Origin: Candidatus Eiseniibacteriota bacterium
GTDB lineage: Bacteria; Eisenbacteria; RBG-16-71-46; JASEGR01
Direction: 5' to 3'
Assembly (NCBI GenBank): GCA_030017955.1
Contig: JASEGR010000002.1
Location: forward strand, 10,485-74,484
Length of the DNA: 64,000 bases
The translations under genes and the position numbers were made by a program. The notes under the pieces are model-generated. The model was not told the DNA's origin. It did no database searches and was given only the letters and a program-made list of their open reading frames with translations. Positions 44,901 through 52,882 of the stretch are shown here, piece after piece. The first letter of the stretch is position 1; the number at the start of each line of letters is the position of its first letter.

Positions 44901-47070
44901 TAGGAAAGGCGACATCGGTCAGGCCGAGAAGCTACTTCTTGAAAGCAGGGAACTCAAAGACGCGTTGGGACTGAAAGCCAGGTCTCTTGTTACCAGCGCG
45001 AATCTGGCCTTTCTTGCCATCGAGAAAGAGGAAGCTGCAAAGGCAGAAGCTCTTCTGAGGTCTGTTCTTGATGAAAAGAAGGAATTCGTTGAACCGTCGT
45101 TTCGGGTAAGATTGCTTTCCTGCTTGGCGTACACCTTATGTCTCAGGAATGAGTCCAAAGATGCGGCGGGTTACGTGAGCAAGAGTCTTGATTTGCTTCC
45201 ACGGTATGAGAACAAAGTCGATGTTTCAAGCTCAAAGAGGATTCTGGGTCAGAGCCTATGCATCTTGGGGGATGGGGAGAAGGGACTTTCACTTATTGAG
45301 CAGGCAATTGCTGAATTCCGGGAGATGGGAGCCCCCTATGAAGAGGCGGAGTCTCTGCTTGCGAAGGGGGGAATCCTCGCGGATGATGCAGGGAAACAAG
45401 GTGAGCGGGCGGAGCCGCTCAAATCGTTAAAGGGTGCGATCAAGATCTTCAGAAGATTGGGGGCAAAGAGGAAGCTTGAAGAAACGCTCGGCCTTTATGC
45501 GGCAGTTCTGGAATCTGCTCTCAGCAGAACCGGGAAAGAAGCGAGAAGGGAAGCCGACACCCTGGCTCTGCGCGAAATGCTGGAGCTTGCCAACTCAATT
45601 GAGAAGACAGAGAAACTTCTGGGCAAGGTCATGGAGCTCGCATTGAGGAAGACGGGTGGCGAGAGGGGATTGATCGCACTCTTCTCAAAGAGGACCGGGA
45701 GATTGGAAGTGGTTGTGAACTCGGGTGTCGAGATGGGACTCGTCAGGGACGCGCTCAGGATCTCCAGGTCAGTGCTTGAAGATGTCGCCGAGAAAGGAAT
45801 ACCCCTGATATCAAGAAACGCAGCAGAGGACGAGAGACTCAGAGAAAGAAAGAGCGTTGTCGATTACCAGATTCATTCGCTCATGTGCATTCCCCTTGTC
45901 ATAAAGAGTGAGAAGGTTGGAGCAATATATATTGACAAGAGAGAGGACCTGAGTCCCTTTGCGGAGGACGATCTCTCTTTCCTGCAGGCGTTCGGCCACC
46001 TGGCCGGAGTAATTATTGAGACCTCAAGGCTGAGATCTGACCTCGAAGAGGCGAGAGATTCTCTTTCCAGGGAAAACGAGTCGTTGAGAATAGAAGTTGT
46101 CTCGCGGTACCGGTACGAGAACCTCGTCGGCCAGAGTGAGGCAATAAGAAAGGTGTTTTCTTTCATTGAGAAAGTCGCCGGTTCGACGGCTCCGGTCCTG
46201 ATCACGGGAGAGAGTGGGACTGGTAAGGAGCTTATTGCAAAAACAATTCATTTCACCGGCCCGAGAGCAGGCAAACCGTTCAGGGGCGTAAACTGCGCAG
46301 CCATCCCTAGAGAACTGATCGAGAGCGAGCTCCTTGGAATCGAAGAGAAGGTTGCGACCGGCGTGAGCATGAGAAAAGGACTTTTTGAAGAAACCGAGGG
46401 CGGAACGGTGCTTCTGGACGAGATAGGAGATATGGACCCTTCAGTCCAGGCAAAAGTCCTTCGCGTTCTCCAGGATGGAGAAGTTAGAAGGGTCGGCGGA
46501 AGGAAAGACATAAAGGTCGATGTCAGGACAATCGTGGCCACAAATAAGGACCTCAGGAATGAAATCAAGGAGGGAAGATTCAGGGAAGATCTATATTTCA
46601 GAATTTCGACACTTCCCATCGAAGTGCCGCCCCTGAGAGAGAGAACGGAGGATATCCCGCTGCTCGCTGATTTCTTCGTAAAGAACTACTATAAGAGTCT
46701 CGGAATGAGACCAAAACCGCTTCCTCAGGAATTCATTCAGGCTCTGGTGAAAGGAAGGTGGTCCGGGAATGTCCGGCAGCTCTTCAACTGCCTTGAAAGG
46801 ACTCTTGTCATGTCAGAGGGCTCGGAGATCTCTTTTGACTACTTGCCTGACGAAGTCCGGGAGGGATCTGGCCCGGCTCTGGCGGCCTTCGCTCCAGGCG
46901 AGGAGACCCTCATGGAGGTAATCTCAAAAGTCGAGCTTGAAATGCTGAAGAGAGCCCTTGAAGAATCATCCTGGAACAGAACCAAAGCCGCCAAAATCCT
47001 CGGAATTCCTGAACCGACAATACGATACAAAATGAAGAAGTACGGTCTCACGCCTCCTCGCAAAAATTAG
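41920..47070 (+). CDS. 1716-aa fusion: Ser/Thr protein kinase, STAND/AAA ATPase, TPR array, GAF, sigma54-interaction AAA+ domain and Fis-type HTH
   Basis: Kinase motifs are GTGGMGSVYK, IKALK, HLDVKPSNI and LADFGLAR. The P-loop reads RGESGTGKTRLLEEF. Long TPR-like repeats and a GAF region follow. The EBP core carries LITGESGTGKELIAK, VLLDEIGDM and FREDLYFRI. The C-terminal HTH reads WNRTKAAKILGIPEPTIRYKMKK. Confidence 0.9.
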   Translation: MSDIDIGKILAGRYKVLARLGTGGMGSVYKIEDLKQGGIKALKLLSRELNTRKDRERFVREFLRLSKLEHPNIVRVHEQDWADDVSPFYTMEFIEGKNLLDAWALMESERACSVVADILQGLMFIHSRGIVHLDVKPSNIFVIDAGPRPTAKLADFGLARLFREKGSGKVSGTPGFVAPELLEGKGADGRCDLYSFGVTICHAASGGKIEFDENREVVFRAGLFSRMPQGFEKVISRLLERDPRKRYQFADEVLRDFSQFLGRTYVATGKGTVFLPAFTGRQKLIREFDSLLLDQTQNNRAVLLVRGESGTGKTRLLEEFAATASMKGFFPIMIDYPGKNRGLEIFHQFCEKSFERTGDEFFLEARSRFSAWAGSSEREFFLQVDEFLCKAAEILFRKPGTKPHLVVLVDSAHLIDELSFAYISMFSNNSSLAGGLFVLTCLDPPPVHSFLEEDELSKASGFQRRELDPLSRDEIELVVASMLGTATPPSGLAQRVFEISQGNPLYAVQFVKMAVEGKILSRAGGAWKYDEEGKELPLPGSLEAAFENILSGLGTETLSVLKAASVFEISILGDFLEELVSLKPEGFLDSLGELLGKGLLSEQGDGLFFFSNSSLQQYVERRLEPGRKKELHEHLAGILEEKSDADETVWEIADHYLKSNRLDKAKEYARKAAGLALRRRCPRKGAHFLKTLLELHPEVSEEEKNELMIQLADLLEEAGMLDQALGALKSLEAKEGDASPFALKAIFREGVILRKKGELRQAREKLDACHIRAVEQGQESVCGEILLELGWLEHLEGRGGEAVSTFETAREIFDGLQDSKNVALALMRKGIVEIYSGMFDGAEASFSEALSIGRKEDDILTIQKCLLNIGFVLDNKGELEKGLATYKDALSLSEGREDSFSAALILNNVASVEEKLGRFEEAEKCYLQVIDLRNRIGNKSGEAWSRVSLSWVLMLRGEWLKAEEYITQGLEMSCRLGDRSTLSAAKENLALLSLRKGDIGQAEKLLLESRELKDALGLKARSLVTSANLAFLAIEKEEAAKAEALLRSVLDEKKEFVEPSFRVRLLSCLAYTLCLRNESKDAAGYVSKSLDLLPRYENKVDVSSSKRILGQSLCILGDGEKGLSLIEQAIAEFREMGAPYEEAESLLAKGGILADDAGKQGERAEPLKSLKGAIKIFRRLGAKRKLEETLGLYAAVLESALSRTGKEARREADTLALREMLELANSIEKTEKLLGKVMELALRKTGGERGLIALFSKRTGRLEVVVNSGVEMGLVRDALRISRSVLEDVAEKGIPLISRNAAEDERLRERKSVVDYQIHSLMCIPLVIKSEKVGAIYIDKREDLSPFAEDDLSFLQAFGHLAGVIIETSRLRSDLEEARDSLSRENESLRIEVVSRYRYENLVGQSEAIRKVFSFIEKVAGSTAPVLITGESGTGKELIAKTIHFTGPRAGKPFRGVNCAAIPRELIESELLGIEEKVATGVSMRKGLFEETEGGTVLLDEIGDMDPSVQAKVLRVLQDGEVRRVGGRKDIKVDVRTIVATNKDLRNEIKEGRFREDLYFRISTLPIEVPPLRERTEDIPLLADFFVKNYYKSLGMRPKPLPQEFIQALVKGRWSGNVRQLFNCLERTLVMSEGSEISFDYLPDEVREGSGPALAAFAPGEETLMEVISKVELEMLKRALEESSWNRTKAAKILGIPEPTIRYKMKKYGLTPPRKN

Positions 47071-47147
47071 CGCCCGCTCGTAGATTTTTCCCAATAAGAA
47101 TCCGCTTAATTGCCAATGAGTTAGGAGTATATATGCGTCCATCTCGC

Positions 47148-47195
47148 AAATTATTGCGATTGGACCGTCGTTGTGGGGCTCATACGCAATAATTT
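47148..47195 (+). promoter_or_regulatory. Perfect 11-nt inverted repeat AAATTATTGCG-26 nt-CGCAATAATTT (possible activator-binding UAS)
   Basis: Read directly from the sequence. It lies 75-125 nt upstream of the sigma54-like element at 47270. Confidence 0.35.
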
Positions 47196-47269
47196 TCCAT
47201 GGCTCGCTAGGTACCCTAACTCACGAATTTCCAAGACGATAACAGAAAGTCTCCTTCGGTTCTGTTGTC

Positions 47270-47285
47270 GGGCATGCTAGTTGCG
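47270..47285 (+). promoter_or_regulatory. Sigma54-like -24/-12 element (GGGCAT-GCTAG-TTGCG)
   Basis: The GG-to-GC spacing equals the consensus TGGCAC-N5-TTGCW. The first base is G rather than T. Confidence 0.45.
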
Positions 47286-47373
47286 AGCGGTTTGAATGTT
47301 GAGGTGGCGCCACCTTCTTCGGGCAGTAAACAACATGCTCGGGACTTCTTGACCTCGAAGGGAGGTGGACTGA

Positions 47374-47568
47374 TTGAGTTCAACGTGGATTGTGTTGCTG
47401 CTATTTGCTCTTCTTCTGGTGCTGCCTTCACTTGCAGTTATGGCGGAAGCAGACGGTGGGAGTGAACCGTACCCCAGTGATCCGCCGCCTCCAGATGGAG
47501 GTGGTACTTCGACCGGATCGTTTGGAGAGATCCTGCTGTGGTTCCTGGTGGCTATGGTCGTTGATTAG
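47374..47568 (+). CDS. Small putative secreted or membrane peptide (64 aa)
   Basis: TTG start 6 nt after GGAGGTG. It has an N-terminal signal-like helix (WIVLLLFALLLVLPSLAVMA), a Pro/Gly-rich middle and a C-terminal hydrophobic tail (ILLWFLVAMVV). Confidence 0.4.
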   Translation: MSSTWIVLLLFALLLVLPSLAVMAEADGGSEPYPSDPPPPDGGGTSTGSFGEILLWFLVAMVVD

Positions 47569-47736
47569 GGGCTGCAGTCTCACTCATCGGGCGGTCTTGA
47601 GACAGCCTTGGCCGCCCGTGCCCCGCAGTGTTTGATCCATCGTTTTGAAGAAGGGTCCACTGCGCGAGAACTTGATAAGAACACTGATGGCTAAGTACAT
47701 TCCGGTAGGAAGCACGGATAATATCGGCACAGAGGG

Positions 47737-48285
47737 ATGGATGATATGAGAACACAAATAGAGCCGGCACTCGGCGCACGGCTGGATGAAGTTGAGTTCT
47801 TGTTGCAGAGATCAAGCAAGTCACTTTCCAATGTTCTCATCATGGGCGAGAACAAAGCTGTACGGCTTGTTATCGCCTTTTCATTTCACAGCCGGGGAAG
47901 GACATCCCGTCTCCCATTCCTTGCTACAGACTGTAAGAATTTTCTTGGCGAGCTAAAGGAAAAACTGATAGATGGGCTGGACGGAAAAGACCGCAATGCA
48001 GGACATGTATCGCCGGTCACATGGGGAGTGTCCGGGACGACGTTTCTTGATGAGGCCGATGAAATCAGCGTGAGCGAGCAGAAGCTCTTCCTCGAGTTTG
48101 TGAAAGAAAGGGAGAGACAGAAATTTCTGTCGGTGCATTCGCCGATCGGAAGACTCGTGATTGGATCGGGGAAGAACCTCGAGGATTTATGCAGGTGGGG
48201 GAAATTTCTTCCCGAGCTATATGACTGCCTGAACAAAGTCAAGGTGAACCTCGCAAGCACTCCCACGCTGAGACTCGTGGAATAA
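47737..48285 (+). CDS. Degenerate stand-alone sigma54-activator AAA+ core (no Walker A lysine, no GAFTGA, no HTH)
   Basis: VLIMGENKAVRL replaces VLITGESGTGKE. GTTFLDEADEIS (Walker B region), KLFLEFV, RLVIGSGKNLEDL and LYDCLNKVKVNL are retained. Confidence 0.6.
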   Translation: MDDMRTQIEPALGARLDEVEFLLQRSSKSLSNVLIMGENKAVRLVIAFSFHSRGRTSRLPFLATDCKNFLGELKEKLIDGLDGKDRNAGHVSPVTWGVSGTTFLDEADEISVSEQKLFLEFVKERERQKFLSVHSPIGRLVIGSGKNLEDLCRWGKFLPELYDCLNKVKVNLASTPTLRLVE

Positions 48286-48295
48286 ACAGAGGAAA

Positions 48296-48706
48296 ATGAC
48301 CATTCAGGATCCTGTTGCTTCGAGGAAAAAGACCGTGCTCCTTTTCCTCCCCGGAGGAACGGAACGCTGGCCACTTGAAGAGGAACTTACGACGAGGGGT
48401 CACAGAGTCACATCTGCATTCTCTGCAGAGGACGTTCTCCTCATGACGTCCTACATCAAATACGATCTGATTGTGACAGAGATTGATGTCAGGGATGAAC
48501 TCGGCCTCTCATTACCCAGAACCATCAAGAAGAAAAGCCCCGGGACCGTAATTCTTGGACTGATTTCTCCCGGTTCGACTCTTAACATCGAGAAACTTCA
48601 ATCCTTGGGCATAGAGGAAGTTTTTCTAGGACCTGAGGACCTTCTCAAAAGCCCACTGCTCACCCCCATAATCGACGAAGAAGGTCAGACCTCACAGGCA
48701 GAGTAA
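48296..48706 (+). CDS. Pseudo-receiver domain protein
   Basis: It has a REC-like beta/alpha pattern. LLFLPGG replaces the DD pair, DLIVTEIDV has E at the phospho-Asp position, and FLGPED lacks the conserved Lys. Confidence 0.5.
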   Translation: MTIQDPVASRKKTVLLFLPGGTERWPLEEELTTRGHRVTSAFSAEDVLLMTSYIKYDLIVTEIDVRDELGLSLPRTIKKKSPGTVILGLISPGSTLNIEKLQSLGIEEVFLGPEDLLKSPLLTPIIDEEGQTSQAE

Positions 48707-48812
48707 GAGCTCTAAAGGAGCCTTCGGGCTACTTTCGCGCTGGGAACCTGCACCGTTGCTGAATGGATGGATCGGGTCGTCGTCTCCTTTTTGACAGGAA
48801 AGTCTCTTCTGT

Positions 48813-48828
48813 TGGCATGGTAGTTGCT
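48813..48828 (+). promoter_or_regulatory. Sigma54 promoter (TGGCAT-GGTAG-TTGCT)
   Basis: Exact consensus spacing. It lies 55 nt upstream of ATG 48883 and is nearly identical to the element upstream of gvpA. Confidence 0.65.
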
Positions 48829-48882
48829 CTCGGTAATGATGAGATAAGGTGAGGCCTTTCTGAGTCGGGCCGAGCGAGGTCA

Positions 48883-49359
48883 ATGCTCATGCTTGGAAAT
48901 ACACAGAGGATGCGAAAGAAAAAAGATGTAGCCGCGGATAGGCTACTTAAGAAAACTCGGGCACAATCAAAGCCTATGAAAAGCAGTCAAAAGAAGAAGC
49001 GTGTTTTGGTTGTCGATGACGAAGTGCAGATATGCAACATCGTTCAAAAGGTGTTGTCGCGAGAAGGCTACCACATCGTTACTGCACTTAGTGGTGATGA
49101 GGCCTTGAAGCAGTTGGAAAAAACAGCAGTCGACTTAATCCTGGTGGATTTGAAAATGCCCGGCATGGATGGATTGGAGATGTTAAGACAGGCGCGCGAC
49201 ATTCAGGGGAGTCTGCGAGCGGTCCTCATGACCGCCTATGGAACGGCCTCCTCGGCCCGAAATGCCATGGCTCTTGGCGTTTGCGATTTTGTGGCGAAAC
49301 CATTCGATAACCGACTTCTCAAGAAGGTCGTAAAGGAGGTCCTGGGTGCCGACCGATAA
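48883..49359 (+). CDS. Single-domain response regulator (CheY-like receiver)
   Basis: Contains RVLVVDDE, DLILVDLKMPGMDG, VLMTAYG and FVAKPF. The basic N-terminal tail makes the start uncertain. Confidence 0.85.
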   Translation: MLMLGNTQRMRKKKDVAADRLLKKTRAQSKPMKSSQKKKRVLVVDDEVQICNIVQKVLSREGYHIVTALSGDEALKQLEKTAVDLILVDLKMPGMDGLEMLRQARDIQGSLRAVLMTAYGTASSARNAMALGVCDFVAKPFDNRLLKKVVKEVLGADR

Positions 49360-50041
49360 ACTGCTCGGCTCGTCTCCCGGGCCCAGTCGAGACAGAAGCG
49401 TCGGCCATGCACAGGGGAGGCGAGTAATTTATATTCCAATTATTCACACTCAACATGACATGGGAAGCTTGGCTGCTGCGGCCAAGACGGCCTACATTGA
49501 AAAACTGGGCAAGAGGTTTTGGCAAAACCATGTAGAGGCGATCGACGAAATGTGGTATGGCATCAAGCAGCGCATTTCACGGCTGAGGCTGCCCTTCAAC
49601 AGAGTCCGTATCTATCAAGATGGGTTACCGGTGTGTGGGAGGGAGGAGTGCATCATCGATGCCTTGGCAGGCCAAGGCAGTCCGAACCACTTGATCGTGG
49701 AATGGTTGGTGAAGCGAGGTGCCACGCTCGTTGGAACTGAAGACCCAGAGCTGTTGATTCAGGAGTACGACTACGTGAAGCGAATTATTGCAACCCCGAG
49801 CGGTCCCCAAAGAGAAAATGCGGTGAGGGAATATGAGAAGGTAGCCCCGGAGTTGCTAAAGAAGCGAGACCACTTTATTCAGAACCGGATCGATAGGACC
49901 CTGCCGCAGGGAGGGATAGGTCTGCTTTTCGTGGGGCTGCTGCATCGGGTGGATGAACTCCTGCCGGCAGACATTCGAGTCAGTTACCTCATATATCGTC
50001 TTCCCTTTCAACGTAGCTTTGAAATGGAGTTGCTGAAATAG
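49346..50041 (+). CDS. Conserved hypothetical protein within the regulatory operon
   Basis: GTG start 6 nt after AAGGAGG. 231 aa with no recognised motif. Confidence 0.45.
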   Translation: MPTDKLLGSSPGPSRDRSVGHAQGRRVIYIPIIHTQHDMGSLAAAAKTAYIEKLGKRFWQNHVEAIDEMWYGIKQRISRLRLPFNRVRIYQDGLPVCGREECIIDALAGQGSPNHLIVEWLVKRGATLVGTEDPELLIQEYDYVKRIIATPSGPQRENAVREYEKVAPELLKKRDHFIQNRIDRTLPQGGIGLLFVGLLHRVDELLPADIRVSYLIYRLPFQRSFEMELLK

Positions 50042-50069
50042 TACGTACGGTTGTGGGGCCGAGTGAAAC

Positions 50070-51190
50070 ATGTTGAACGAATTGCTTAACGTTCAAGATA
50101 TCATTCAAAGCCGCCATGAATTGTTACAACTGTTCGACGGTCTCAGTGACCCTATCATCATGATTGACAGACAGTTTGTCATTCAACGTGTGAATTCGGC
50201 AACTCTCTTGGCCTTGGGCAAGAAATCATTCGATGAATTCATTGAGAAGCCCTGCTACGAAATGCTGCACGGTTTGAGACAGCGCTGTCCTCAGTGTACT
50301 GCACCCTTAACCTTTTCTTCGGACTCTCCTGGACAGAAGACCGTACGCACCGGCTTCATGGAAGCCAAAGAGAACCCGTTGAAAACAACCTATAATATCA
50401 CGTGCTATCCGCTCATCAATGATGAAGGAGAGATAACCTCGATTGCGGAATATTATCGGGACAGCTCCGATATCGTGAATCTGAGCCGGGAACTGTATGA
50501 ATCCGAGCGGGCACGGATCATGGAATCACTGGCAGTGGGACTGGCTCACCAAATCCGGCAGCCGCTGACTATCATACGCTCCGCCGCCCAGTACGGGCTC
50601 GACACATTTACAGCTAAAGACAACTCCGCGAAAAAGGATCTTCGGGAAACCATGGAGAGTATCGTTCAGAATGTGGACACGGTGAACGATGTCCTCAATG
50701 ATTTGTTGCTATTTTCAAAACCTACCCAGTACAAGATGAAGAAGGGGTCTGTTGTTAAGTTGTTACAACAGGGGCTTCGGCTCGTCCGGCAGCTGACTAA
50801 AGAACAGCAGATTTCGGTGGCTACAGATTGGTCCCAAGACCTGCCGGAAATCCTGATCGACGAAAGACTCCTGCTCCAGGCATGTCTGAATTTATTGATG
50901 AACTCGATAGAGTCTATGACGAAGGGAGGACAGTTGACCGTCAAGGCGTTTTGTCAAGAGAATACGACACCTCCCAAAGTCTGCATCGCCATCGAAGACA
51001 CCGGCGTGGGGATCCCCAAGGAACTCATCTCGAAATTGTGTCAGCCTTTCTTTACCACGAAAGAGGGGGGGTCGGCTTGGGCCTGCCTGTTGCTGAAGGA
51101 ATCATTAGGTCGCACAGCGGCCGACTGCACTTTGAAAGTCGGGAAACTGGTGGAACGACAACTGTGATTGAGCTGCCCGTGGTCGTGTGA
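50070..51190 (+). pseudogene. PAS-sensor histidine kinase interrupted by a -1 frameshift in a G7 run
   Basis: The H-box reads LAHQIRQPLT, the N-box LLMNSIESM, and the G1 box EDTGVGIP. After FFTTKEGG (G-run 51065-51071) the G2 box and C-terminus (GVGLGLPVAEGIIRSHSGRLHFESRETGGTTTVIELPVVV) continue in the other frame to 51190. Confidence 0.75.
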
Positions 51191-51206
51191 TTCGGAGTGT
51201 TGTGGT

Positions 51207-52634
51207 ATGGGAATTAGGTACCCAGACGCTCTGATGGGCGATACGATTTACGTCATCGATGATGAAAAAGAGCTCTGCCTGACCCTCAAGAAGGTGTTGG
51301 AAGCCGAAGGATATCAAGTTCATTGGACGACCGACCCAGAGGAATTCCTTCCTAGGCTGCATGATAGCCGGCTCAGTTGCATCCTGCTCGATCTAAAATT
51401 GGGGGGCAAGGACGGCCTCGTTTGTTTGCGAAAGATTCATGAAACCGATCCGCATCTTCCGGTTGTCATGATCACCGCCTACGAAACGGTGAAGACGGCC
51501 GTCGAAGCGATGAAAGCCGGGGCGTTTCACTATTTGTCAAAACCCTTTGACAATGAAGAACTCAAAACGCTAGTAGGCAAGGCGGTTGAACTCCGCCACC
51601 TCTGCTGGGAACTCGAGGACTTCAGAAACAGGGCAGCCAATGCGTCGGACCTGGAATTTACGATGGGACATTCTAATGCTGTTCAGGGGTTGATCAGGCA
51701 ATGTGCTGCCGTGGCACGAACCGATGTCAATGTGCTGCTCACGGGCGAGAGCGGGACGGGCAAGGAGTTGATCGCCAACAGCATCCATCAACTGAGCGCA
51801 AGGAAGGATGGGCCTTGGGTACCAGTAGATTGTGCTTCTATCCCGGAATCTCTTATTGAGAGCGAACTCTTTGGCCATGAGAAGGGAGCTTTTACCGGGG
51901 CCCATGCTGCGCAGAAGGGAAAACTAGAGAAGGCGGATGGCGGGACTCTTTTTTTGGACGAAGTTTCCAACATTCCTTTCAACGTTCAAGCGAAGCTGTT
52001 GCGCTTCCTGGAAACGCATACCTTTGAACGGTTGGGCGGAAGACAGACTGTTGCGATTTCTATGCGAGTTGTCGCGGCTACCAACCGTGAACTTCCTCAG
52101 CTCATCAAGGAGGAAAGGTTCAGGCAAGATCTCTTTCATCGGTTCAACGAGTTTCCATTACGACTGCCGCCTCTGAGGGAACGCGTAGAAGACATCCCTT
52201 ATCTAAGCCTGAAATTCTTGAATGACTTTCAGGAACAGGTTGGCAAAACGTTTTCTGGTTTCAGTAGGCAGGCTTTGGAGGCGCTCCAATCGTATCCCTG
52301 GCCTGGCAATGTGCGAGAACTGCGAAACGTGGTCAAGCGGGCAATGGTTGTGGGTAGTGGCACGATCGAGAAGGCCGATTTGCCTGACGAGATTCGGAAT
52401 CCTTCGGCCTCAGGGACCCACCAAGGAGTGATCGTTTCGATCAAACCGGGTCTTCCGCTTTTCCAGGCCACCAGGGAAGCTGTGAGCATGGTTGAAAAAG
52501 AATTGATCCGGGGCGCTCTACAGCGGGCCGAAGGCCGCAGAGGCAAAGCGGCTGACTTGTTGGGCATTGATGAAAAAACATTGTATAACAAACTCAAGGA
52601 ATACAAGATCTATTTGTGGCAGTTGACAGGATAA
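51207..52634 (+). CDS. NtrC-family sigma54-dependent response regulator (REC, AAA+, Fis HTH)
   Basis: Contains IYVIDDE, CILLDLKLGGKDG, LLTGESGTGKELIA, a canonical EKGAFTGA, and a C-terminal HTH (GKAADLLGIDEKTLYNKLK). The start is ATG 51207 or 51234; the track start at 51168 overlaps the kinase. Confidence 0.9.
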   Translation: MGIRYPDALMGDTIYVIDDEKELCLTLKKVLEAEGYQVHWTTDPEEFLPRLHDSRLSCILLDLKLGGKDGLVCLRKIHETDPHLPVVMITAYETVKTAVEAMKAGAFHYLSKPFDNEELKTLVGKAVELRHLCWELEDFRNRAANASDLEFTMGHSNAVQGLIRQCAAVARTDVNVLLTGESGTGKELIANSIHQLSARKDGPWVPVDCASIPESLIESELFGHEKGAFTGAHAAQKGKLEKADGGTLFLDEVSNIPFNVQAKLLRFLETHTFERLGGRQTVAISMRVVAATNRELPQLIKEERFRQDLFHRFNEFPLRLPPLRERVEDIPYLSLKFLNDFQEQVGKTFSGFSRQALEALQSYPWPGNVRELRNVVKRAMVVGSGTIEKADLPDEIRNPSASGTHQGVIVSIKPGLPLFQATREAVSMVEKELIRGALQRAEGRRGKAADLLGIDEKTLYNKLKEYKIYLWQLTG

Positions 52635-52741
52635 GGCAGCACTTATGACCAGCATCGAGTTGAAGGACTCAAGAGGCGAGGGGAGTTTCACTAGATCTTC
52701 GCCTGATTTTGTGACATTGGTGCTGGTGTCATGCTTTATCA

Positions 52742-52780
52742 GGAATCGCCTCCCGTATTCGGGAATCTAGTCCCGATTCC
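52742..52780 (+). promoter_or_regulatory. Cluster of GGAATC half-sites (GGAATC, GGGAATC, inverted GATTCC), possible NtrC-type UAS
   Basis: Read directly from the sequence. It is centred about 100-140 nt upstream of the sigma54 promoter at 52883. Confidence 0.35.
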
Positions 52781-52882
52781 TCCCATCTTCCACCAAAACT
52801 ATCACTCCTGCATTCGGCGAATAACCTTCATAACCTCCCAATTCTAACCATGCGGATGTGTGGCTGTGCGTGGTTCGTGAGA

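Noticed and set aside
52645-52773. A 42-codon ORF (MTSIELKDSRGEGSF...) between the NtrC gene and gvpA.
   Set aside because: It has no RBS and no recognisable features, and it overlaps the putative UAS half-sites. It is more likely non-coding regulatory DNA.
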